A stretch of 64,000 nucleotides of DNA from an uncultured Nitrospiraceae bacterium (GTDB lineage: Bacteria > Nitrospirota > Thermodesulfovibrionia > Thermodesulfovibrionales > Dissulfurispiraceae). Below the pieces are notes generated by a model that was not told where the DNA came from, ran no database searches, and worked only from the letters and a program-made list of their open reading frames with translations. The position numbers were made by a program, and so were the translations under genes. Shown one piece after another: positions 1-9,450 of this stretch; the stretch's first letter is position 1, and every line of letters begins with the position of its first letter. The DNA is taken from contig CAVSHF010000003.1 of NCBI GenBank assembly GCA_963727805.1, positions 480,001 through 544,000 on the forward strand, written 5' to 3'.

Positions 1-2
1 TC

Positions 3-581
3 GTTACTGTAAATGCTAATTATCTCTTCCCGGCAGGTGCCACCTTGGTCCACCCTCATCTGCAGATGCTGATCACGCCGACAGCCTATTCGTATCATGA
101 ACGGCTTATTCAGGCATGCCGTTCTTATTATCAGGAAACCCACTCAGAATACTATCCCGATCTGATCGAACAAGAAAAAGGTATCGGCTCGAGATATATA
201 ACGCAAAGTGGAGGATGGCACTGGATTACTGCATTTTCTCCAATGGGGATTAATGAAATTGTTGCTGTGCATGAAAAGGAGCACGATTTCGGGGTTCTGT
301 CTGATTCCGACTTGATAAATCTTGCATCTGGTGTCTCCAAAGTATTGGCTCTTTATGATAGCCTCGGTCATCTAAGTTTTAACTATTCCATCTATTCGGC
401 AAGAGATCCTTTTTCAGGAGAAGGATTTCGTTGCATTCTGAAAATTATCAGCAGGCAAAACCTCTATCCCAATTATAGAAATGATGATTATTTTCTGCAA
501 AAGCTGCTCCATACGGAATTGATCATAAATCTTCCCGAAGAATTAGCCATGAAGTCGCAGAAGTTTTTTAAGGAGACTTAA
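3..581 (+). CDS. Galactose-1-phosphate uridylyltransferase (GalT/HIT)-like protein, 5' end outside window
   Basis: Frame is open from position 3: VTVNANYLFPAGATLVHPHLQ contains the GalT-type GA(S/T)xxHPHxQ motif. Confidence 0.7.
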   Translation, partial: VTVNANYLFPAGATLVHPHLQMLITPTAYSYHERLIQACRSYYQETHSEYYPDLIEQEKGIGSRYITQSGGWHWITAFSPMGINEIVAVHEKEHDFGVLSDSDLINLASGVSKVLALYDSLGHLSFNYSIYSARDPFSGEGFRCILKIISRQNLYPNYRNDDYFLQKLLHTELIINLPEELAMKSQKFFKET

Positions 582-582
582 G

Positions 583-1053
583 ATGTTTGACCTTGATATA
601 CCCGGCTTTGGACATATCAAACTCAGATACTTCGTATCAGACTTTACGGGAACCCTGTCTGTGGATGGAAAGCTCCTGCCTGGCGTGAGGGAAGGACTAT
701 CCCAGATCGCAAAACTCCTCACGGTGCATGTGCTAACCGCCGATACATTCGGCAAGGCGAGGGCTGCACTCGAAGGCGTGTCATGCGAGATGCATATACT
801 TGAAGGCGCAGCTCTTGATAGACAGAAAGAAGAATTTGTCCATAAGCTCGGGGCGGAGGGTGTCATTGCGCTTGGTAACGGCAATAATGACAGGAAAATG
901 CTCAAGGCCGCAAAGATAGGAATTGCAGTCTGTCTTGATGAGGGGTGCTCGATAGATGCTCTTATTTCTGCCGACATTTTTGTAAAATCGCCGGTTGACG
1001 CTTTTGATCTTGTATTACATCACAAAAGGCTTAAAGCGACGTTGCGTTATTGA
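583..1053 (+). CDS. HAD-family hydrolase (soluble P-type ATPase-like phosphatase)
   Basis: DFTGTL motif I, LTADT, GNGNND motif; SD AGGAG upstream. Confidence 0.8.
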   Translation: MFDLDIPGFGHIKLRYFVSDFTGTLSVDGKLLPGVREGLSQIAKLLTVHVLTADTFGKARAALEGVSCEMHILEGAALDRQKEEFVHKLGAEGVIALGNGNNDRKMLKAAKIGIAVCLDEGCSIDALISADIFVKSPVDAFDLVLHHKRLKATLRY

Positions 1054-1170
1054 TAAATATTCAGCAAACAATTGCTTCAAACAAAAGTGAAGCCTGTATT
1101 CTAGAATTGTCGATTCACAATTACAATTAGCAGAAAATCTCAGGCTGATATTTTAGTGCGCGGTCTATAA

Positions 1171-2280
1171 CTATCTTTCTCTCCATATCTGAGCTGGAAT
1201 GTGGTCTCTGACTGTCTTTTTGAGTCGCAAACGGTTTAGATAAGTGAAAGGTGCTTTTGATATCTTCGACTTGCCAGAGATCGTCCTTTCCGGTTCGAAG
1301 ACGAGATCAAGAAGATGGGCAACAGGCGTGTATTTCCCAAGAAAATTCACGCAACCGGCGCAATAGGTGAGGATCATTTTTCCGTCAGCTTCTTTTTGTC
1401 TCCGGGAAGACCATTTCCCAGCTAGCTCGGGCGATACAAATTCGACTGCTCCGCCCTCTCCGCAGCAGAGGGTTTTTCCCTGGTGATGCTGCATCTCTAC
1501 AAGCTTGATGCCTTTTTCCGCTATGATTTGTCGGACCGCGGTATAAATCGGAACATGATGTCTAACCGTGCATGGGTCATGTATGGTGAGAATGCCGGAA
1601 ATAGAAGGAGTTCTGGGTAGTCCCTTTTCGGCTAGGACTTCATAAACCGTTTGAACTGAAAGACCTTTACCATATTCAGCAAATATCGTATAACAGCTCG
1701 GACAAGCGACAATGATATTGCTGACCCCATTTTCTATCAGAAACGTGTTCATCTCACCAAACATAGCTTCGAAATGATGCTGGTGGCCCAGATCGTGAGA
1801 TGGTTTGGTGCAACAGTCAAGTACAATTCCGAGGGATGCATCAATATTCCTCATGTGTTTATAGAGCTTCATTACCATGTGGGACCGTGTCCCCGACAGT
1901 GTACAACCAGGGAAAAAGATGGTATCGCATTTCTCTGGAAGCGCATAATAGGTATATCGCTTCGACGTTCCTCTGCTTTCATAATCCAGTAATCGTGAAT
2001 GCTCCGGGAAATCGTAAACTCCGCGCCAGACCTTTTCTCGCCTCATTTCGAGGAACATTTTTGATGGATCGATATTGACTGGACAGACAGCTTCACAGAG
2101 CCCGCATAGGCTGCATTCAAAAGGAATTGACTGGTGCCGCTTATCAGTGGGTTGATAGGCGCTAGCTATTTTTTTTGGAAAACCATATTTCTGTAAAAAA
2201 CCGCACTCGGCCTGGCACTCCCCACATTCAATACATTTTTGGGCTATCTCAGCAGTGGCCGACAGTGAAGAGCGATTCAT
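1171..2280 (-). CDS. (Fe-S)-binding protein with two ferredoxin motifs and cysteine-rich CCG domains (GlpC/HdrD-like)
   Basis: CIECGECQAEC, CSLCGLCEAVCP, FFPGC, CC, ACPSC, HDPC, CCGEGG, YCAGC; alternative GTG start at 2304. Confidence 0.8.
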   Translation of the reverse strand: MNRSSLSATAEIAQKCIECGECQAECGFLQKYGFPKKIASAYQPTDKRHQSIPFECSLCGLCEAVCPVNIDPSKMFLEMRREKVWRGVYDFPEHSRLLDYESRGTSKRYTYYALPEKCDTIFFPGCTLSGTRSHMVMKLYKHMRNIDASLGIVLDCCTKPSHDLGHQHHFEAMFGEMNTFLIENGVSNIIVACPSCYTIFAEYGKGLSVQTVYEVLAEKGLPRTPSISGILTIHDPCTVRHHVPIYTAVRQIIAEKGIKLVEMQHHQGKTLCCGEGGAVEFVSPELAGKWSSRRQKEADGKMILTYCAGCVNFLGKYTPVAHLLDLVFEPERTISGKSKISKAPFTYLNRLRLKKTVRDHIPAQIWRER

Positions 2281-2307
2281 ATCTTTTCCCCGAGATGCTT
2301 TCACCTT

Positions 2308-2850
2308 TTATTTTGACATAAGCATTCCGACCTCTTTCCATGGGGCATAAAGAGTGTGGAAGATACTTGGATCAACAAGTTTGATCAATTTCCGGTACGC
2401 TCTATAATCCGACTTTCTTTATTACAATAGACAACTTTTTTCGGTAATCCGTAGGATATTGACGCGACAATATGAACTGGAATATTAATTGCCAATAGAA
2501 TATGTACTTCATTGAACTCCCTGCGTTCTTTTATATCGACGAGGACGTACTCTCCCTTATCCTCTTTCAGCAAGCTGTCCATTTGAGCAGGACTTAACAT
2601 AGTTGTCTCGATATTTTTGCTGTAATTGGGGAGTGCAACAATACAAGGTCCTTCTCTTCCCTAACATGATCCTTCAATATAGTCCATGATATTTTTATAT
2701 CCTGTAACTTCCAACTTGTGCCTGAGCTTCTTACTCTTACCACTTTTGATGCCACTGCAGTAAATCACTAGCAGGTCATGTCTGTCAGTCGGAAGTTTTG
2801 ATGCGTCATTTTTAAACTTATCTTCGGCATGTTGATCGCATCCCTATCCG
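2308..2850 (-). pseudogene. Decayed tandem rhodanese-domain protein
   Basis: Fragments across frames: AINMP/EDKFKNDASKLPTDRHDLLVIYCSGIKSGKS..GYKNIMDYIEG then TAG; YVLVDIKERREFNEVHILLAINIP..VVYCN; AYRKLIKL..WKEVG; frameshifts, no intact N-terminus. Confidence 0.7.
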
Positions 2851-2857
2851 CATGATT

Positions 2858-3907
2858 CTATATAATTCTTATCCCATGGGTTGCACTGCCCACTGCTTCA
2901 CCAATCTTAACAGCAGTTTCAACACCCGCATTTTTTAATTTATTAACTAGCTCTTCAGCCTGAGATCCTGGAACAGCCAGCAGGAGCCCTCCAGATGTCT
3001 GAGGGTCGAAGAGCAGTTCCTCCTTCTCCTTTGATAGTTTCGTGACGATTTCAAGATAGCCTTCAGAAAGTCTCCTGTTTGCTTTGTTGCTTCCTGTCGT
3101 TTCACCTTTACGGTACATATTAAGCGCATGCGGATAAAAGGGGAACTCTTTACCAAAAAGGTTAATTTGCACTCCGCTACCCATTGCCATTTCCAATGAG
3201 TGTCCAACAATACCAAATCCGGTTATGTCAGTACATGAATGAACATCAAAATTCAATGCTATATCTAAAGTTTTCCCATTCAGTTCAGCTACTTGAGGCA
3301 GGATAGGTTCCAGTTCCCTAAAAGAAAGTTTTTTTGATCGGCATGCATTAAATAAAACCCCTGTCCCTAATGGTTTTGTGAGAATAAGGGCATCACCTTC
3401 CTTGGCTCCGCAATTCGTCAATATCCTATCTGGATGGACGATTCCTGTGACAGCCAGGCCATATTTGGGCTCATTATCATCGACTGAATGTCCGCCAGCC
3501 ATGGAAGCTCCCGACTCCATGACTTTGTCATTGCCACCACGAAGTATCTCTCTTAAAACTCCTTTATCGAGTATTTTTGAGGGAAACATGACGAGATTCA
3601 GGGCTGTAAGGGGCTTGCCACCCATAGCATAGATGTCAGATAAAGAATTTGCTGCGGCGATTTGTCCAAACCAGTAAGGATCATCGACCGGGGGTGTAAT
3701 GAAATCCACGGTACTGATGAAAGCTATCTCACTGGTGAGGCGGTACACAGCTGCATCATCCGAAGTGTTGAAACCAACTAAGAGGTTGGGATCCTGAGAA
3801 GGACTGAGTGCTTTCAGTGCGTCCGACAGATCTGACGGACCAATTTTAGCCGCTCAGCCACACGTGCGAGAGAGTCCGGTTAATGTTTTTTTTTGGAAGA
3901 ATTTCAT
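2858..3907 (-). CDS. selD: Selenide, water dikinase (selenophosphate synthetase); selenoprotein with UGA=Sec at codon 18 (3854-3856)
   Basis: Readthrough gives MKFFQKKTLTGLSRTCG-U-AAKIGPSDL..GFNTSDDAAVY joined in frame to STVDFITP, AANSLSDIYAMGG, GGHS, DITGFG, DPQTSGGLL; 349 aa. Confidence 0.95.
3821..3840 (-). promoter_or_regulatory. Putative bacterial SECIS hairpin of selD
   Basis: mRNA GUCCGUCA-GAUC-UGUCGGAC starts 13 nt after the UGA; apical loop begins with G. Confidence 0.7.
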
Positions 3908-3976
3908 GATTTGTTAGAGGTGGCCCCCATTGGTTGGACAGCTTTGGGGCTGATTTAAGGTGGAAGCCACCGGTCA

Positions 3977-4843
3977 TCATGCCGCCAGTTTTCCCGGGCA
4001 ACCTGCCTTTGGCAGATTCCAGTATGCTTCATGAGGCGTCCTGTCGTCCAGAGAAGAATGAGGACGCTCCTCGTTATACTGCTTGATCCACTCGCCGATG
4101 CCATTTCTTGCTTCATTGCCGGTCTCAAATGCGTATCTATAAACGCAATCATACTTCAGTGATCGCCATAGCCGTTCAACCATCACGTTATCCACCCAGC
4201 GGCCTTTTCCGTCCATTGATATCTTTACACCGGAATCCAGGAGCGTCTGTGTGAACTCAATACTGGTGAACTGGCTGCCTTGATCGGTATTGAAGATCCC
4301 TGGTTTGCCGTATCTGGCCAAGGCCTCTTTGAGGGCTGTCACACAGAAAGCAGCTTCCATAGTGTTGCTGAGCCGCCAGCTTAAAACCTTTCGGCTCGCC
4401 CAGTCCATAATCGCCACCAAATATAGAAATCCCCGTCGCATCGGGATGAAGCTGATATCGGCGCACCACACCTGGTTTGGCTCCGTAATGTTCAAGCCTC
4501 TAAGCAGATAGGGATAGACCTTGTGCTCAGGATGCGGTTTGCTCGTGTTGGGTTTCTGGTACATCGCCATTAGCCCCATCTTCTGCATCAATCGACTTAC
4601 CCGCTTCCTGTTTACCCAATATCCCTGCCGCCGTAAATAGCGCGCCATCTGACGGGCTCCATATTCCGGGGTCTTCAGAAATTGCTCGTCAATTAGGCGC
4701 ATCAACTCCAGATTCTGTGCCGATTCTCCCATTGCTTCGTAATACCACGACGAGCGGCTGATTTGAAGTAGGTTGCACTGTCTCGTAATGCTGAGCCTCG
4801 GGTGTTCCGGTTCAATTATCTCTTTCCTTCGATCGCGGCTCAT
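3977..4843 (-). CDS. IS3-family transposase OrfB (rve/DDE integrase domain)
   Basis: WCADISF, FNTDQGSQF, VERLWRSLKY, YNEERPHSSL motifs. Confidence 0.93.
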   Translation of the reverse strand: MSRDRRKEIIEPEHPRLSITRQCNLLQISRSSWYYEAMGESAQNLELMRLIDEQFLKTPEYGARQMARYLRRQGYWVNRKRVSRLMQKMGLMAMYQKPNTSKPHPEHKVYPYLLRGLNITEPNQVWCADISFIPMRRGFLYLVAIMDWASRKVLSWRLSNTMEAAFCVTALKEALARYGKPGIFNTDQGSQFTSIEFTQTLLDSGVKISMDGKGRWVDNVMVERLWRSLKYDCVYRYAFETGNEARNGIGEWIKQYNEERPHSSLDDRTPHEAYWNLPKAGCPGKLAA

Positions 4844-5127
4844 CGATTGAAGGCTTTCGCTAAAAAATCCCGCTCCACTGTCAACTGCCCAATCTTGGCA
4901 TGCAGTTCCGTGATTTGAGCCTCGTGAGCGTTTTCGTTACGACCGTGCTTCCCTGTAAATACATCTGCAAGCCCTTCAATAGCCTGCTTCTTCCACTCGC
5001 TAACCTGATTGGGGTGAATATTGTACCGTGATGCGATCTCTACAATCGTCGATCCCTCCCTCATTGCTTCACGCGCTACCTTTGCTTTGAACTCCCCTGA
5101 ATATCGGTTCCTCTTTGTTTTGCTCAT
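4840..5127 (-). CDS. IS3-family transposase OrfA (HTH)
   Basis: RYSGEFKAKVA..IHPNQVSEWKKQ..LHAKIGQLTVERDFL; SD GGAGG before ATG 5127; stop overlaps orfB start (ATGA). Confidence 0.92.
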   Translation of the reverse strand: MSKTKRNRYSGEFKAKVAREAMREGSTIVEIASRYNIHPNQVSEWKKQAIEGLADVFTGKHGRNENAHEAQITELHAKIGQLTVERDFLAKAFNR

Positions 5128-5267
5128 CTCAGTGCGACCTCCAGTCAATCGTATATTTTACACCTTATACGACTGTCCGATTTCTGGGGTCCACCTCTGT
5201 TAGAAGCCAAACATCTGTAGAGCGAAGTGAGCCCGTGACGAAGTTCTCTATCTGTAACCATACTTTA

Positions 5268-5296
5268 ATACTAGCCTCCCCCCCTTTTTCAGTCAA
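5268..5296 (-). promoter_or_regulatory. Sigma70-type promoter, probable native selD promoter
   Basis: TTGACT-N17-TAGTAT on the minus strand, pointing into the IS and selD. Confidence 0.55.
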
Positions 5297-5798
5297 ATAG
5301 GTACTATCGATGGAGGAAGTAGATTCTATCGCTCAAATCTATTCAACAGAGCCGGAAAGTAATGGTTTTATATAAATCAAATGCGCTGCAGGTTAGTAAT
5401 GCTTGATGGCACTGGTGACAAATGGGTGAGCTGCCTTGATGGCAAAACTCCCCTTAATGTGGCATGCACGCCTAGCATGGATTATCCCGCCTCCACAGGG
5501 ATCAATGGACTGTATCGTAGTCTGGCGCAGGGCATTCCAATATCAAACGAAACCGCTCATTTTGTAATCTTCGGTGACTGGATCGAGGACTTTTCGTGAA
5601 GGGGTGTTATTGAAGCAATAGGTGAGCGAATTCCGGTTAAAAAAAATGATAGTTTAATAGATCTTCACCATCTGAACGATACATCATCACACACTCTCTT
5701 GCCTTAACAAAAACATAACTGTATATTAGATACTCACAATACATCATCTACAATGATGACAATCGGCTATGTGTTTGGCATTGAGGCCCAGAGGAGGT

Positions 5799-6779
5799 AT
5801 GTTGGACTTTCTGAACGTGACCTTTCCTATATCAGGGGTGACGACAAATATTCTCTTCCCTCCGCTTGTAGCTATGGTCGTCTCTTTTTTCACTTCGATG
5901 GGTGGAGTGTCCGGCGCCTTTCTTCTTCTGCCCTTCCAGATGAGTTTTCTCCACTATACAAGCCCGTCGGTAAGCGGAACCAACTTCATTTTCAACATCG
6001 TTGCTATCCCGAGCGGTGTCTATCGTTACCTCAAAGAAGGACGCATGGCATGGCCCCTCACATGGGTAGTTATCCTTGGCACACTGCCGGGCGTTTTCCT
6101 GGGATATTATATAAGGGTACTCTATTTACCTAATCCGTCAGTATTCAAAATGTTTGCAGGCTGTGTCCTGCTTTACATAGGCATGCGGCTGCTCTATGAG
6201 TTTGCGGGGAAGACACAGGCAAAAAACGCTGGTTCAAAAGCTCTTGAAAAGAAGTTTAAGGAACGGGCCGAGGAAATGAGAAAACAACAGAAGTCTAGGA
6301 TCGCTGCCGGTCTTCCTTTAGAAGCGGTAGTAAGAACCATATCAGTCTCATTCACGAGGATTGAGTACGAATTCTGGGGCGAACGGTTTTCGTATAGTAC
6401 AATTGGAATGTTCATACTCGCTTTTGTTGTGGGCATTATCGGGGGAACTTACGGCATTGGCGGAGGGGCGATCATCGCACCATTCTGCGTAGCCGTGTTC
6501 CATCTGCCGGTATACACTATCGCCGGTGCTGCTCTTATGGGAACATTTATCACTTCTCTCGCTGGGGTCACATTTTATTCACTCGCCCCCGTTGCATCCG
6601 GTGTTTCTACAGTTCCGGACTGGGCGCTCGGAATTCTTTTTGGTGCCGGTGGTTTTATCGGAATTTATCTTGGCGCGCGGTTCCAGAAATTTGTTCCACA
6701 GAGGCAAATTAAATTGATCCTCGGTGTGATCATTGTTTCCCTGGCCCTTCGCTATATCTCGCAGTTCTTTCTTGGCTGA
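5799..6779 (+). CDS. Sulfite exporter TauE/SafE family membrane protein
   Basis: GGVSGAFLLLP and GIGGGAIIAP repeats, multiple TM segments; GAGGAGG near start (exact start uncertain). Confidence 0.85.
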   Translation: MLDFLNVTFPISGVTTNILFPPLVAMVVSFFTSMGGVSGAFLLLPFQMSFLHYTSPSVSGTNFIFNIVAIPSGVYRYLKEGRMAWPLTWVVILGTLPGVFLGYYIRVLYLPNPSVFKMFAGCVLLYIGMRLLYEFAGKTQAKNAGSKALEKKFKERAEEMRKQQKSRIAAGLPLEAVVRTISVSFTRIEYEFWGERFSYSTIGMFILAFVVGIIGGTYGIGGGAIIAPFCVAVFHLPVYTIAGAALMGTFITSLAGVTFYSLAPVASGVSTVPDWALGILFGAGGFIGIYLGARFQKFVPQRQIKLILGVIIVSLALRYISQFFLG

Positions 6780-6901
6780 ATCGACTTACAGCCCTTCCAA
6801 GGCCAGTCCTCAGGCTATCTTTATGGAAAAGTTATCGCAAATATGATATCGTAAGAGTTCATATCGTTACTGACTTCCAGATGTAAAAGGGGTAATGAGC
6901 C

Positions 6902-8635
6902 ATGAAAATGACTGGTGCAGAGATTATCATCGAATGCCTTAAGAGGGAAGGAGTCAAGCATATTTTTGGGTACCCTGGAGGGGTTGTCTTGAATATCTTT
7001 GACCTTCTCTATGATGACAAGGATCTGAAGCTTATCCTTACGAGACACGAGCAGGGTGCCGTTCATGCAGCTGACGGTTATGCACGTGCTACAGGCAGAC
7101 CTGGTGTCGTCCTGGTAACATCCGGGCCTGGTGCTACCAATACCGTGACTGGTATAGCTACAGCGTCCATGGATTCTGTACCAATCGTGGTATTGACAGG
7201 GCAGGTTCCTGCACTCCTAATCGGCAGCGACGCATTCCAGGAAGCCGATATTGTAGGCATTACAAGGTCGTGCAGCAAACATAATTATCTTGCCAATGAT
7301 GTGAATGAGCTTTCGAAATTGATACGTGAAGCCTTTCATATTGCAAAAAGCGGCAGGCCGGGTCCCGTATTGATAGACCTCCCGAGAGACGTTACTGCCG
7401 GCAAGGCTGAATTTGCCTGGCCCGAAAAGGTCTTCATCAGAAGCTACAATCCAACGCTGGAAGGAAATAAATGGATGATTGAAAGGGCTGCCCACGAGAT
7501 CGCTAAGGCAAAGAAGCCCGTCATCATCTCGGGTGGTGGATGCATCATTTCGGAAGCTGCTAACGAATTGAGAGAACTTGCGGAGCACACGAAAATTCCA
7601 GTAGCCATGACGCTTATGGGGCTCGGGAGCTTTCCCGGCACGAACCCGCTTTCGCTCGGCATGCTCGGCATGCACGGAACCTATTACGCGAACAAAAGCG
7701 TGCAGGATTCGGACCTTCTCATCGCCATCGGTATGAGATTTGACGACAGGGTAACCGGTAAGATTGATGGGTTTGCGCCGCATGCAAAGATCATTCATAT
7801 AGACATCGACCCAACGTCGATAAGAAAAAATGTACGTGTTGATATCCCAGTTGTTGGAGATGTCAGGAGGGTCCTGATCCAGCTGAACAAGGTATTGAAA
7901 GAAGATGTTGATGAACCTTGGGCGGAGGTCCGGAAGTCTTGGCTCAAGCAGATCAATGACTGGAAAAAAGAGCGGCCTATGTCATATACGTTCAACGAAG
8001 AGGTGATCAAGCCCCAGTTCGTAATAGAGAAAATATACGAGCTGACCAAAGGGGATGCTATCATTACCACCGAAGTTGGTCAGAACCAGATGTGGGCGGC
8101 GCAGTTCTACAAATTCGATAAGCCGAGGAGACTTCTTACTTCCGGCGGCCTTGGTACTATGGGATACGGGTTCCCCGCTGCTATAGGTGCGCAGCTTGCA
8201 CATCCCGAAAAGATGGTAATCGACATAGCGGGCGACGGTAGCATCCAGATGAACATCCAGGAACTTGCGACGGCGGTAATATATAAATTACCCGTTAAAG
8301 TGGCTATTCTGAACAACCATTTCCTTGGTATGGTAAGGCAGTGGCAGGAGCTTTTCTTTAATGAAAGATATTCATCCAGTAATCTCGATGTAGTGCCGGA
8401 TTTCGTAGCGCTGGCCCAGGCATATGGAGCAGTCGGACTGAGGGCGACAAAGCCGAGCGAGGTCGAGCCAGTTCTGAGGGAGGCTTTTAAGGTAAAAAAG
8501 ACTGTCTTTATGGACTTTATCATCGACTGGAAAGAGAAGGTCTATCCGATGGTGCCGGCGGGGGCCACGATAGACACCATGCTCTTCGAGGAAAAAGAAA
8601 AGAAGCCTGAAAGAAAGCTTAGGGCCGTCAAGTAA
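6902..8635 (+). CDS. ilvB: Acetolactate synthase large subunit, biosynthetic type
   Basis: [46 protein letters not shown] motif. Confidence 0.97.
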   Translation: MKMTGAEIIIECLKREGVKHIFGYPGGVVLNIFDLLYDDKDLKLILTRHEQGAVHAADGYARATGRPGVVLVTSGPGATNTVTGIATASMDSVPIVVLTGQVPALLIGSDAFQEADIVGITRSCSKHNYLANDVNELSKLIREAFHIAKSGRPGPVLIDLPRDVTAGKAEFAWPEKVFIRSYNPTLEGNKWMIERAAHEIAKAKKPVIISGGGCIISEAANELRELAEHTKIPVAMTLMGLGSFPGTNPLSLGMLGMHGTYYANKSVQDSDLLIAIGMRFDDRVTGKIDGFAPHAKIIHIDIDPTSIRKNVRVDIPVVGDVRRVLIQLNKVLKEDVDEPWAEVRKSWLKQINDWKKERPMSYTFNEEVIKPQFVIEKIYELTKGDAIITTEVGQNQMWAAQFYKFDKPRRLLTSGGLGTMGYGFPAAIGAQLAHPEKMVIDIAGDGSIQMNIQELATAVIYKLPVKVAILNNHFLGMVRQWQELFFNERYSSSNLDVVPDFVALAQAYGAVGLRATKPSEVEPVLREAFKVKKTVFMDFIIDWKEKVYPMVPAGATIDTMLFEEKEKKPERKLRAVK

Positions 8636-8646
8636 GGGAGGGGAAG

Positions 8647-9138
8647 ATGAGACATACGATTTCCGTTCTTGTTGAAAACAAATTCGGGGTACTCTCAAGG
8701 GTTGCAGCCCTCTTCAGCGGCAGGGGATACAATATTGAAAGCATCTCTGTTGGTGAGACTATCGACCCCCAGATTTCGATAATGACCATAGTGACTGCAG
8801 GAGATGACTGGATTGTCGAGCAGATCACCAAACAACTTAATAAACTCATCGATGTCATCAAGCTGGTCGATCTGACCGAACTTGACCATGTCGAACGGGA
8901 AATGATCCTCATCAAGGTTACACCTCGGAAGGAAAACAGGATTGAAGTCCTGCGAACGGCTGAGATATTCAGGGGGAGGGTCGTCGATTCGAGCCAGGAT
9001 ACGTATACTATCGAGGTTACCGGAAACGAAAAGAAGATACAGGCCTTCATAGAGCTGATGAGACCAATGGGGATCAAGGAATTTGTGAGGACCGGGAAAA
9101 TTGCCATTTCGAGGGAAATATTCAAGAAGACCAAATAG
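8647..9138 (+). CDS. ilvN: Acetolactate synthase small (regulatory) subunit
   Basis: [28 protein letters not shown] domain; follows ilvB. Confidence 0.96.
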   Translation: MRHTISVLVENKFGVLSRVAALFSGRGYNIESISVGETIDPQISIMTIVTAGDDWIVEQITKQLNKLIDVIKLVDLTELDHVEREMILIKVTPRKENRIEVLRTAEIFRGRVVDSSQDTYTIEVTGNEKKIQAFIELMRPMGIKEFVRTGKIAISREIFKKTK

Positions 9139-9450
9139 AAACGGCTCTGATTATTCAGTTAGCCTCATGAATGCGGGATAGGAGATTCATGAACAAAATA
9201 AATTTGCTTAACGTGACAAGACGGTTCATTCACTCTTATTGAACACACTGGAAGATGATATAATTGATTCTATGGACTGCCGATTACGCGGGTACAATAA
9301 GCTACCTGTCGTTCACCACATAGACCCTGCCGGGGACGCTCTCTTGACAGTTACTGTATCAATTTCCGTAAGTCGGGGCCGAAACACTTACCAGCCAGTT
9401 CTTGCTGATGTTGCTGAAAGGAGAAGGGGATTGTCCCCTCATTTGCCATT

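Larger units (their letters stand above)
3916..5198 (-). mobile_element. IS3-family insertion sequence, 1283 bp, apparently intact
   Basis: 26-bp imperfect terminal IRs (3916-3941, 5173-5198; 20/26 identical), flanking GTT direct repeat (3913-3915, 5199-5201), orfA/orfB pair. Confidence 0.92.

Noticed and set aside
9270..9450. Known metal riboswitch (M-box, yybP-ykoY, NiCo) or 6S RNA
   Set aside because: No consensus segments matched by eye; kept only as an unexplained leader
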